A stretch of 62,917 nucleotides of DNA, counting the filler, from Reticulomyxa filosa (Eukaryota; Protista; Foraminifera), in NCBI GenBank assembly GCA_000512085.1. It is 17 parts of 17 records of this genome, joined end to end, with 100 filler letters (N's around TTAATTAATTAA, not from the genome) between each part and the next. Parts side by side here need not be neighbours in the genome. Positions count along the whole stretch, not along the records: positions 1 to 13,673 come from ASPP01000152.1; 16 more parts are not named here. One strand, 5' to 3'. Shown here in pieces: positions 1-12,048 of this stretch. The position numbers were made by a program, and so were the translations under genes. Under the pieces are notes generated by a model. It did no database searches and was not told the origin of the DNA. It saw nothing but the letters and a program-made list of their open reading frames with translations. Position 1 is the first letter of the stretch; each line of letters starts with the position of its first letter.

Positions 1-2
1 GA

Positions 3-150
3 CCATTTAATACCACTGAAGAACTTTGGAACCAATTCGAAACAAAATGGGAAAAAATAGAAACAAAATATTTGTGAAACCTTAATAAAGTCGACACCAA
101 AGAGAATACAGGCAGTTAAAAAAGCCAAATTAGATTAAATACGTTGGTAA
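3..150 (+). pseudogene. Tc1/mariner transposase C-terminal remnant
   Basis: Manual translation gives PFNTTEELWNQFETKWEKIE, then a +1 frameshift, then QNICETLIKSTPKRIQAVKKAK. This matches the Tc1 C-terminal pattern ELW...W..I...C..LI.SMP.R...V.KAKG. A TIR-like end follows. Confidence 0.7.
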
Positions 151-224
151 ACTTGAATTAAATTTTAAAAAACAAATCTTATCATAATCAGGCACCACAA
201 AAAATCTTTTAAAGTAAATGAAAA

Positions 225-403
225 ATTAAAATTTTTGAAATAATTGTAAAGACTTAATAAAAAACCAAATGATATTTAAAAAATACACTATTCGTAGATA
301 TTTTTTAAAAAAATTTTGATTAAATGTTGTTTTTTCATTTAGAAACACAATAATCTCTATAATGTGGCATTTTAGGTGTCAACTTCTTTTTTATAATACT
401 GTA
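225..403 (-). mobile_element. Tc1/mariner-type terminal inverted repeat (right end, ...ACTG|TA)
   Basis: Ends ...TTTTAGGTGTCAACTTCTTTTTTATAATACTG-TA, directly downstream of the transposase remnant. Similar copies at 24704, 25340-25487, 25982-26140, 35615-35753 and 44700-44853. Confidence 0.7.
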
Positions 404-1235
404 CTTATCATTTATATCTTACTTCATCACTATGTTCACATAATGACATATCTTCGTTTATATTTGTTCCTCTTGTTGTTTGATGAGAAATTGGAAGTTA
501 TTTTTTGTATAACGAAACAATGGTCTTAATTGATGTTATATTAACTAATCCAACTGTAACTAATTTTTTCTTTTTAAAAGTTAATGTTGCAATTCACTTA
601 AACAAGGTATCGAGACGTAAAGTTAAAAAATGTTTATAAAATACGTAAGTAATAAATTTTGAAATTTGTTGTACTCGATAAAAAATACAAAACTATAATA
701 TTACTTATTTTCTGTGTTCTTCTTGGTTCGTTGTCATAGCTTGTATTATCGATGCTTCGAATATCTTGAGTACAACATTACTATGCATTGCTTTGAAATA
801 AATAACATGGACTGTTGCTCAGATTGTTTTTATTTGGCGTTTATTATTATTTGTGGATTTATAGTGAAGTTTTTACATTATTGATGTTATTTTGCGGTTA
901 TATGACAGTGTTATATGTTTTTTAAATATTAACATTGTATCGAAAAAAAAATTTGATCACTGACGCAACTTTCAGCAAAGTACATTTTTCAATTTGGAGT
1001 TACAAATATTTTATAGTGGACAAACAAAATACGTAATTGTAGAGATTCTATGTTGTGTATACATTGAAAATATTGAATTCGTTAAAAATTCAGAGTTGGT
1101 ACCGCAATGAGGGTATTGGAGTGAATTTTGTATTTTGTTGCTGACCACTGAACACGCAACAAAACAGACAAAGCCCCTTTTTGAAGATTAGGTAGAATGC
1201 AAAAAAATTTGTTTAAAGTGTTCTTCAAATAAAAA

Positions 1236-2273
1236 ATGACGACAGTTGTAAGATCAGTATCGACATTGTATAGCAGAGTTTCCGAGTATTTTAATCTTGT
1301 GTTCTATGTTTCCAAAAATGAGTAAAGTGTGTAAAAAGACTGTGGTTGTGTCAGAACTTTAGGAATCAATCCAGCGACATTAAGCGGTGCAATTGATGTA
1401 ATAGTAGTAAGACATCCAGGTGTACGAGAGAAAGGTGAAGGAAAAGATGAGTCAGGAACAGACCCGAATGCAGATAATGACATGTACGTATCATCTCCAT
1501 TTCACGTGAGATTTGGAAAGTTGCAACTATTGCGAACGAAAGATATTCACGTGAGTGTGCGCGTGAACGACAAAAGCGTGGACCTGCCGATGAAATTGGG
1601 TAGGGCAGGTGTGGCATATTTTGAAGTCCCAAAGAAAGGAAGAGAGGACGAGGTGCCAGACGAGTCACTAGTGACATCACCTATTGAGCCAGTTGTAGCG
1701 CGTACTGTTCCTCCGCAATTTTCACTCGACGAAAAAGAAAAGGAAGAAGAAAAGGGGAAAGAAAAGGAAAAAGAAAAAGAAAAGGAGAAAGAAAAGGAAA
1801 AAGAAAAAGAAAAAGAAAAAGAAAGAGAAAAGGAAAGCGTAGAACATTTGTTAATAAGTTCCCCAACAACAACAATAACAACAACAACAACAACAACAAC
1901 ACGAGAAGACCCGAGTGACGTCATGTGGTGGACATGGGATTGGGGGAATGTTCCAGAACACAGGGGCGAATCTCGCAGAGAAGAAACGGAAACCGAGTCC
2001 GAGTCGAGACAGTTGATATCGGAATTGATGGATGCAGAACAAAGAAATGAAGGACAATGGAGATTCTCTTGGCTGACATCCGTGTTTGGAAGATTCCGAG
2101 AGTCCAGTGGTCAAAGAGACACGGACACAGAGTCAGTCAAAGCATATTTCAACAAAGAAGAAAAAGCGAATTTAGAAAAAATGAGAAAAAAGCAGGAAAT
2201 TGAAAAGCATATCAAAGAAAAAGAGAAGGAAATGAAATTGGAAAATAACAAAAACAATGGCAATAACAATGAC

Positions 2274-2341
<68 letters not shown>

Positions 2342-4660
2342 CAATAATATTGAGGATGAAAATGAGAACAATGATTATAATGATAGTGATGTCGGCGCGA
2401 ATGATCAAAAAGACGAGACATCGAGCGACGACAAACACGAGATAGCGAATCAGAATGGGAGTGGCAATAATAACGACAATGGCAATGCAAAGTCGGGAAT
2501 AGCGAGGGAGTTAGAACGTCACAAAGGCAATCGTCCATTGGATGCGTTAACGCTAATGAATTCGGATTTGACGCTGAACACGACGACAGGAATGGAAGCC
2601 AATGCCAATACCGATACCGATGCGGACGCCAGCACAGAGGCGTCTACCATAGAGATACACACCAGAGATGGCCACTCTGTGGAAATGGAGACAGAGATGG
2701 AAATGAAATGGAGATCGACATATCGTTGTTCTCGGACAATGAAATGAACTCGAATATGTCAGTTCCATCGTTGTACGAGTCTGTGGAGTTTATGCCAAGC
2801 GATGCAAATTCTACGTGTGATTTGAATACTGTTGGAGATGTCGAAACGACTCATGCTTTAACCAGTACGAGTAAATCTTTGAATCACAATAATAATAATA
2901 CTACTACTACTACTAATAATAATAATACTAATAATACTAATAATAATACTAATAATAATACTAATAATAACAATAATATTACGACCACCACAGAACATGT
3001 GCATGCGACTGGTTCTGAATATCTTTCCCCACAACCCCAAAAACCCTTTTCGCAATTGCGAATGTCAAGTGATATGGAATTTTTGGAGAGCATTCAGATC
3101 TCGAAATGTGGACAATATCTGTCCAAATCGCAACAACACAACAAATTGGTGTTTGAGCAGCACTTGATTACATACGAAGAGCTATGCGCGGACCCGTCGG
3201 TTGTGTTTCACCCTGATATAATCGTATTGCATCAGAAAAGATTGTATCCTGGAGCGGTGGCATTTCCTTTGTTGATGTCCTACTTGGCCTTTAAAAAGCC
3301 ATTGTCCAACGAGGCCTTGCTGAAATTATCGCTGCAGCCCAAGTTCAAGCATTTGGACAACAGCAATCCGAAAGTGATGACAGATTTGAAAAAAGAAAAA
3401 GAAAAGAAAGAAAACTACCATTCGTCCGGTTACAATTGGTTTGGATGGTTTGCCAATGCTAACAAGCAGACATCCAATCCTCCGCCTGCGTCCACGACTA
3501 CGTCAACCACATCAACCATATCAACCACGTCAACCACGTCAGCCACATCGACCACGGCGACCACATCAACCATGTCGACCACATCGCTCACGTCGGACAT
3601 CCATCCGACCGAGTCCAAGACGCCTTTTCACATTGACAGTGCAGCTGCTACTCTGTCCGTCGGTACTGCCACGGCCTCTGCCGTGGGCACAGTCACACTC
3701 ACGACCACTGCTATCAACGCCGTGGCCAATGGCAACAACATCGTCTCGCCCTTGCCCGGCGTGGATCATGATCACTCGCAAAACGCAAAGCGTCTGTCCA
3801 CTGAAACGGATAACAGCAAGTCGAGCGTTGAGGATCAAGGCTCACTGAAGCGTTCATTAAAACCGACTTCGAAAATGCTAAAATCGCTGGGACTGAAGCC
3901 TGGCAAGAATAAGATCACATTCACTGTTCAGAGTACTCTGCAGGGTGTTCAGTCGGTGGAGGCGTGCGTTTACTTGTGGTCGCACGACACGCAAATCGTC
4001 GTCAGCGACGTCGACGGCACCATCACCAAAAGTGATGTCATGGGACATGTCGCACCCTGGTTCATTGGCACCGATTGGTCTCACGCGGGAGTGGCACAGC
4101 TTTATACCAATATTTGCAAAAATGGATACGTCATTTTATACTTAACTTCTCGGGGCATTGGACAGGCCTCGGCCACTAGGTCGTATTTATTTGACGCTGT
4201 CATTCAAACCACTCAGACCCATGTTCATTCGACATTATCCAATGTCAAATTGCCAGAGGGTCCTGTCATCATGTCTCCTGACTCTCTCATTCGCTCCTTT
4301 CACAGGGAAGTATGGAGGCAGAAACCCCAAGAGTTCAAAGTCCCTGCTCTTACCGATATACGCAACTTGTTTCCTCAGGACTTCAACCCATTCTTTGCCG
4401 CTTTTGGCAATCGCATGACAGATGCTTATTCTTATCTTACTGTCAAAGTTCCCAGACAGCGCATCTTCATTATTGATACCACCGGCCAAATTAACACTGA
4501 AAATACCTTCTATAAAACTACTTACGATCAACTCAACGCGAATGTTGATCAAATATTTGCACCCATTATAAAAACAAAAATAAAACGTCATGAGGCATTC
4601 AGTGACTTTGTTTACTGGAAAAATGACGTCCTTTCCGAAGACTTACCAAATTTGGATTGA
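1236..4660 (+). CDS. PAH1: Lipin / phosphatidate phosphatase (NLIP + HAD-like CLIP); 2 introns and one apparent frameshift near 2705
   Basis: Spliced N-terminus [54 protein letters not shown] (introns about 1286-1354 and 1420-1473). C-terminal SLKPTSKMLKSLGLKPGKNKITF, catalytic DVDGT, YLTSR and FFAAFGNRMTD. Confidence 0.95.
1731..1900 (+). repeat. (GAAAAR)n poly-EK tract followed by (ACA)n poly-Thr tract
   Basis: Directly visible simple repeats inside the lipin CDS. Confidence 0.9.
2272..2348 (+). repeat. (AAT)n microsatellite encoding poly-Asn
   Basis: Directly visible. Similar tracts at 2886-2980, 13774-13825, 41701-41745 and 53870-53990. Confidence 0.95.
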
Positions 4661-5041
4661 GGTCCTTTTTTGTTTTTTCACCGTCAGATCTAAGGCTAGC
4701 TTTTATTTTTTTTTCCAAATTTTCTTCAAATAAACAATAGAAAATAAAAAATGAAAACAATACATTAATTACATAGTCCCTTTGAAAAGAACTCTCCATT
4801 GAGAGCTTCCAGTGGATCATTCTTTTCATTGCACACAATCTTTCAATAGACAAATGTTGCAATACATTCTACTACAATTTTTTCCCACAACTTTTCATGT
4901 ACGGAAGCAACTCTAAAAATTTTATCAAATTTAGGTCCTACGTGCTTTGAAAAAGTTTGATCTTGTTCGGCCCCTTTATTCATATCCAAAACAACAATCT
5001 TCGTCCATTCTTACAGCTTTTTAAATTATTTTTAAGCGACT

Positions 5042-5484
5042 ATGTCCGGTCGTGGAAAGACAGGAAAAGGTGTGCATAAGTATTGTTATGGCTCTTTTTT
5101 TTAAACAACTGCCGAGGAAGATTCCTAAAATATTCCATAGGTTTAGGTAAAGGTGGTGCAAAGCGTCACCGAACAAAATCGGATAAAGGTTTAAGTGGTC
5201 TTACTAAATCAACTATTCGTCGTCTGGCAAGAAGAGGAGGAGTAAAGAGAGTTAGTAGCTCCATTTACGACGAAGCAAGGGCTGTTCTTAAAACGTTTTT
5301 GGTATGTATTTCTTTAAGCTGATGTTGAAAATAGTAAAAGTTTGTTTTTGAAAAATTGCAGGAAGGGATTGTCCGTGATGCAGTAATTTACACAGAGCAT
5401 GCTCGCAGAAAAACAGTGACTGCTTTGGATGTTGTTTATGCATTGAAAAGACAAGGTCGTACACTGTATGGATTTGGTGGTTAA
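5042..5484 (+). CDS. H4: Histone H4 (divergent), two introns
   Basis: Exons about 5042-5069, 5141-5301 and 5362-5484 give [103 protein letters not shown]. Introns are GT-AG. Confidence 0.97.
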
Positions 5485-6213
5485 CATTGTCTAACACAAA
5501 GACAACGGTATGACGATTTGGGATAATTGTTCCTAAGCCATTGTTTGGTTTATGGTCGGGTTTGTGGGATTTTCTGCATTGAAGGAATTGTTTTTCGTGA
5601 ATTCGGTTGTAAGGCTGACTTTGGCCATGTTTTTGTCTAGTCAAATATAATGTTGTGAAGTAACCTATGACATTCAGTCAAAGGCAACAGTTTTGCACAC
5701 CATATAATTTTTTAGTATTTTCTTCTCAGGCTAATATCAGCAATTAATTATTTTCAAAATTTCAATACTAATAGCGTTTTTTAAATTAAAATGGTGTAAC
5801 GTCCATTAAATTATGAAAAAGAAATTTTTTAAAAGGAAAAACACTAATTATAAACAGGGCTCCAACAAAGAAAATAATTTAAATTAGCTGCTCGTAATAA
5901 ATGAAATAAATATAAATTCTTCAAATACTCTCCACATTGAAAAATAAGATTTCAGTTTTTTTCGGCATTCTGTTTAGCACACATTATTTTGGCATTTTGC
6001 ATTTGAATTTTTTTATGTATTGCATAAGATTCGGCAACTGTGATATGAGGATTAGTTAATTGTTTTTTCAATGTTTCAATGGTTTCTGATTTGTCAGTGC
6101 TTGAGTTGGTTTTAGGTAAATTAATGCGACTTTGTTTCCTTTTTTTTCATTGAAAGATAATTTTAATGGTTATGTGAGTGACTACGAATAAAAACTTAAC
6201 TGCTTCAATAGCT

Positions 6214-7306
6214 TCAATTTTTCTTGCGCAAAAACTGGTTGTTTTTTACTGGGCAATCGTCAAACATGTTCTTGATCGTGATTGTATTTGCTTGTTTCAA
6301 TCCGGTGAATGTCTTTTCAGAGCTTTTTTTTTGATACTTTGCTTCGTAAATTTCCATCTCTTCCTTTTCGGTTAACTTACAGCCAGACTGAAACGGAGTT
6401 GTAAATAGTTCGTTCTTGTCAACACCGTCCAGTAAAGAAGAAAAATTGGTGATGCCACCCAGACCGGCAAATTCTTCAGCACCTTCGCCCAAACTATCGA
6501 CAATTTTTCCTCGTGCGATACGTTCTTGTCTCTGTGTTGCATGGTCATTGAAAAGTATGCAGATGAAGCAAAGCAGACACCAGAACATATACACTCAGAC
6601 AAACTGTTTCAATCAATGTGTGGTGCGCATCAAAGTTTTCACTGCATGCACATCCGAACGAAGATGCAAAATGGTCACACGGACACTGTCCTTTTGTTGG
6701 ATGAGCCTATTGTAATGAAAAAAAAATATTTTTGTACTAATGCTCATTGTGATCAGTACGTACGTTTTTGCATTTCATTGTCAAGGCGTTGTGTTGTTTG
6801 TAGGAGTGCTTGCAATGACATTTCAAATCTTGAGAACCACCTATTTGTCATTCCACTTGTCAAAGACGAAGAAACACAACCATATAAAATAGTATACATA
6901 CGTATGGGAACATATCGATATTGGGTGCAAGGACATTTGGAAATTTTGCAGTGCACTTGTTTGGTTTGACTGTCAGTGGCATGATCTCGAAATTTATGAT
7001 CACAAAAACACTTACTGAAAGGACCAACACAACGGCATTCCATTCCGGTGGTCGAATTTATCCATGTTACATACAAACGATTTTTTCGAGACTCAGCTGC
7101 TTTTTTTTTGAATTCTGCGTACTCTGCTTCTGATAACAATTTTCCGCCATCCAAGTCCCCGACGGTGCTTTTAGGAGTATGTAGTGTCAAATGTTCTTAT
7201 TGTAACAAATAAACTGTAAAAAACATAAGTAAAACTCATACTTTCGGTACTCAAAGTATGCACGTACGTGGGCCTGCGCTTGTGCGTTCAAAGCAATTCT
7301 TTCCAT
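6214..7306 (-). CDS. FAM221A: FAM221A-like (DUF4475) Cys/His-rich protein, multi-exon
   Basis: MERIALNAQAQAHVRAYFEYRK / VGDLDGGKLLSEAEYAEFKKK..NRLYVTW..TGMECRCVGP..CFCDHKF..H / TQRQERIARGK..AGLGGITNFSSLLDG closely parallels the FAM221A sequence as recalled. Confidence 0.85.
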
Positions 7307-7730
7307 AACACTCAGAAATTTTGCTTACTCTAATTGAGAAACTATCAATAAGATCAAGGCCTACCAACGATTACAATTCAAAAAAATTCATATGAGACAA
7401 ACGTCACTAAATTTACTCCTTTCAAGGCTTTTTCTCTGTCGTGCGTTTTTCATGAACTTAAAGAACAATAAAAATTATAACAAAAAAAAATTTATCCAAA
7501 GAGATTGCATTTATTTTCAGGAAAATATTCGCAGAACAGAAATTTTTTCTTGAAAAGCAGTCAGCTTGGTGTTAATATTCCACATAAGTCTTTTACAAAC
7601 TTTCATGCCTCTTGAGTGTAAATTTCCGACTCAACTAACTTAATTTTTAATTGGCTATAGCATAGATTCCATTGCTAAAATAGTAAAATCTCAAGGCAAG
7701 ACATCAGAACGTAACATGAGTGAAACTACA

Positions 7731-7870
7731 TGTAATACGAAGGAACTTAGTTCCAAAACAAATTAAATAAAAAGAAAGTAAATTAATAACAATAATTACA
7801 GCAAAACAAAGAAAAGAGTAAAACAAGAGAAAGCGAGTTGTGTTTTAGCCCACTAGGAGCTTCGTAGTCC
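7731..7870 (+). repeat. Dispersed repeat beginning TGTAAT with internal palindrome GGAACT-T-AGTTCC
   Basis: An inverted, diverged copy lies at about 24955-25095 on another contig. Confidence 0.6.
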
Positions 7871-9528
7871 ATCACGAGGCAAGAAACCATTGTCATTCTA
7901 TTTGTTAAATGAACACAGCCTTTAAGTGCTTGTTTATCATTTATTTGACTATTGTCCAATTATGAATAATTGGCTAAAATGCTTTTTTTCCTTTGCTAAA
8001 TAGTCTTATAAACTGAGAACAGACTAAATATGGTTGAAAACTTCAGTATTGATGTCATTTCTCCAAGTTTTGAAATTGCATGATTGTCTAGTTTGTTATG
8101 ACGAAACTATACAAATTTACTGCAAAAAAGCATGTCAAAATTATGTAGCGAAATGATTTCATATTATAATTATTCTAGCAAACAAAAAATAATTTTTTTC
8201 AGAATAAAAAGTGTGGTTTATAAAATGAAAATAGTATATATGTTTAATTATTATTCAATTGAAAAAATAAAATAAAAAAACATTCACAATAAATTTTTCT
8301 TGACAACAGCAACAGTTTTTTCCACATAAAATATAATAAAACAAATTCCGAAATATAAATATATATAAGGTCTCCCGCAAAATTAGCACATGTGTGACAC
8401 TTTTTGTAAGATTTGTTTTTACATGAAATATAATTACAAATTTTTTATCAAAAACTTGTTAGCTGTGACGAAAAATTTATGTTAGAAATCAGTTTTAAGT
8501 AATTTAGTTATGATATTTATTTAAAAATTCATTGATAAAGTAAAAATTTTCAATTAAGGAACTTTGATACTCTAGGCCATTAAAAAAAGATTAAACAAGC
8601 TAAATCATATTACTTTAAAAATTTGAACAATTCATCATGCTTAGAGGTGAGCACCAATTGTGTGAAAATTTCTGTTGAAATTAATCTCTTGATATGAAAA
8701 ACAGAAAGTACAAAAATTTTCAGATAAATCTTTGGATAAATATTAATGCATCTTTTTACGATGATGCAATCTTTCTTAATTCAAATACTGTTTTGCTTTA
8801 CTTATTCCTTTCTTGAAGTTTTAATATCTCATACTAATAATTATTTTGTTATATAACCTTGTTGAAAATCAAACAGAATAATAAAATTGAACAATTGTTA
8901 GATTCCATCGACACGTATACAAAAAAGGTTAACATATCACAAATATATCAAAATAAAATACCAACAAATTTTTACAATATTTTGTTAGTAAGTTGCAAAT
9001 ATTTTATTTTGTAATGTATAATCGCATTTGAATCAACTATTTCATTATTTGAATATATTTTTTATGATTAAATATTTTTTCTAATTAACATGTTATTATT
9101 CTTTTGCAATTGTATACGAGTACTGTCGAAGTCTTTAGTTACATTTCTTTTCTGTAGTAAGCATAAATGTATTTTCACTATTAACCAGTTTATTTATCTT
9201 TTTAAGTTAAAGAATTTGTTAAGTCACAAAATAATACACACAAAGCAAGATTAAAAAAAAATTTTAAAAGTTCAAACTCAGGCCCAACGTTCATAAACCT
9301 TCATGTTTCATTGTCTATCATAAAAGAATGAAAGACCAAGTAATCTTTTTTTAATTGGAAGATGGGAATTGGTTTGACGAAATAGCACATTTGTTTTAAA
9401 CTTGAAAACTTGCTATCTGTTGCAAGTTTTTAAATAAACTATTGTGAAATCAGTACGAGTGAAAGAAACATGTCTGTTGATTTCGGGGAGTTTGCATCCC
9501 ATTAAAAAAAAGGATGAAACAGTCAGCA

Positions 9529-12048
9529 CTACAAATAAAGTGTTTGATACTTGACATCTACAATTTCTCTTTGTATCCCTCTCAACCAATGACTTCAGAA
9601 AAGACTACATCCTCTCTTTCACCAGTGCTGGTATTAAAAACATATTTGAAGGGAACACATTTTTCAATATATTCCTCTCCCTTCATGGACACAGTGGCTC
9701 GGATAACAGTGTTTCCAAAATAAAAGTTAACAAAAATACCGTCATTTATAGCGTCAAAGCCTTTGGGGTAGGGAACAACAATTTTTCCTAATATATTATT
9801 TTCGTTGATTATACCTGGGTCTATGTCATCACTCCAAAAGAAGGTTGTAGTAAATTGCCTTTGTTTTTTGCTGTTTTGGGTCAAGTCGACTGTAAATTTC
9901 TTTTGGTTGTTTATTTCGATAAGTTTATATTATTATTTGTCAATTTATGCAAAAAAAGAGAAGACTGAACTTCGTTCATGGATACATCATCGCCTTTGTT
10001 GACAATAACTGAAAAGCAGCCACGAACGTAGGATTGGTTGTCAATATCGCAAACATAAGTGTTTGCATCCAAATACTCTTTGGTAATGTTTGGATGGAGT
10101 TTGGCGAGTTCCAACGGCCAACCGCAATAAATGCCATAGGTTTTCTGAACTTTGCGTTTGATAACAAATGAGGCAATTTTGTCCAGGACGGCAGCTCCGC
10201 GTACTACGGATAAAATAGGCCTTTGAGGAATGACTAGCTCGTAGTCCTTTCTGAATTCATCTCGCATCCTTTGCTGCAAATATGGAGATTGACTGAATCC
10301 ACCTACTAAGCAAATATATTTCAATCGATTTTCCTTCAATTCAGGACTCTGAAGTAATTGCTTCGTATGATCCACGATCTTATCAATAACCTCATCGAAC
10401 AACATCTTCCACATGTCGTAAGAGAATGACAAGTGATCATGGTCATAGGAGCACATTCTGTATTTACACATCGAGAGATGGAGATTGAACAAAGTGGGTT
10501 TGCTGCCTCTTTTTTTTTTTATACGTATGAAATGGAGACGTACCCCTGTTGTTGATTGAACGAATAGTTTTGGACCAATTCCTCTAAGTCGTTTTTACAA
10601 ACGCATCCCAAATAATCATCCAGCTCAAAAGGAATGGCAATGCTGAACTTTGACTTTTTGATTTTGCCAGCAAATGCGCGTCGCTTGCACTTTTCAAACT
10701 CGCGCATAAGTGTGACAAACACCTCCGGCTTTTCTTTGGAAAACTGTTTAATGACGCCCTCGCCGAACATTTCAAACAGAATTGACTGAAAGCGTGCATC
10801 AATGAGTGAGCTGCCCCAAGGTCCTCCGGAGGACGTCAGAAGTTCTTTGACTTGAAAGGGCCCCACAACTTCGTGACATACCATGTCGGCGGTGCCTGCG
10901 CCCAAGTCCAATAGTAAATAGCGATCTCCTTGCTGCAGAGAAACAGAGGGATGCGAAGGTGGCTCTTTGACGTCTTCGTGCAACATACATTCCCGTCGTT
11001 GGGCTTCTTGTCTTTCGAGCATCAGATTCATACTTGCGCACTCGGGCTCGTACACAATCACTAATTGATTGGGGATCGCCTTGTTCCACAGTCCTGCTTT
11101 GTGCGCCCAATCCATCATTCGCGCTTTGGATTTGTCACTCCAACTTACTGGCACTGTTATCACCCATTGGATGTCGCTGTCCCTCTGTTCTAACGTCTTC
11201 CCTTTCAAATACGACTGTGCCTTTTCTTTGCAATATTTCAGCGCTCCGACAAACACCCTCTCACTTTTCACATATTTGCCATTGGCCGCGCGCAGACAGC
11301 CTTTGAGTTTCAACTTTCGCTCATTGCCTAGTTCGTGGGTTTCTTTCGCAATTATTTGTCACTTCTTTCATTTATTTCTTATCACGTACTCATTTTTTTA
11401 AAATATAGAAAGCATACCACACAAGTGCATTTTAAATTTGTCAAAAAAAAGCCAATTATTTATTCCCTCTTTCACGGCCTTGGCGTATCTATTCCATACA
11501 TCAAACAAAAAAGTGCAAGGAGAGAGAAAGAACAGAGGCACAACTAAGTGAATGGATTGAATTAGTTCAAAACTTATCCACTGCTTCATTTCCAAACGCA
11601 ACGACTTCATTCTTGTTACTCAACAACAGGGCTGTCCTTGTCTTCTCATTGACATCGATTTGATCGCATATGCCATTACTATTCCAATCAGTAATCGTGT
11701 ACACTTTTTGTGTGTTACGTAGACTCACACTCATTGCTGTTCCATCGGTACCAAAATCAATTGCCACGATAACATTGAACTTCCCTGACTTACACCATGG
11801 AACGTCTAAGGAAGTGCTGTAATTGTGTTTGATACAACAAAAGAGCACTGGAGGCAACAAAATAAAGAATTAAAAACACAATTTTTACTCGAGTTTCACA
11901 TTCTCTCCACTGCCATTGGAGTTGTCTTCTTCGTCGTCTTTCAGTTCTTCCGAGTCTTTTCATATAGAAACAATGTTACATCGAAAACATGAGGTCAATA
12001 TTAGAACTTACCCAACAGACGGCCTGGTGTTTCCTTATTTGCAAACAT
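9529..12048 (-). CDS. HSPA12: Atypical Hsp70 (HSPA12-like), multi-exon
   Basis: VIVAIDFGTDGT, WVITVPVSWSDKSK..M..AHKAGL, LVIVYEPECAS, LLLDLGAGTAD, GGPWGSSLIDARF and LVGGFSQSPYLQ. Gene ends approximate. Confidence 0.85.

Noticed and set aside
1547-3093. Antisense and alternative-frame ORFs (poly-L, poly-I, poly-Y, SF repeats)
   Set aside because: Shadows of microsatellites within the lipin CDS.
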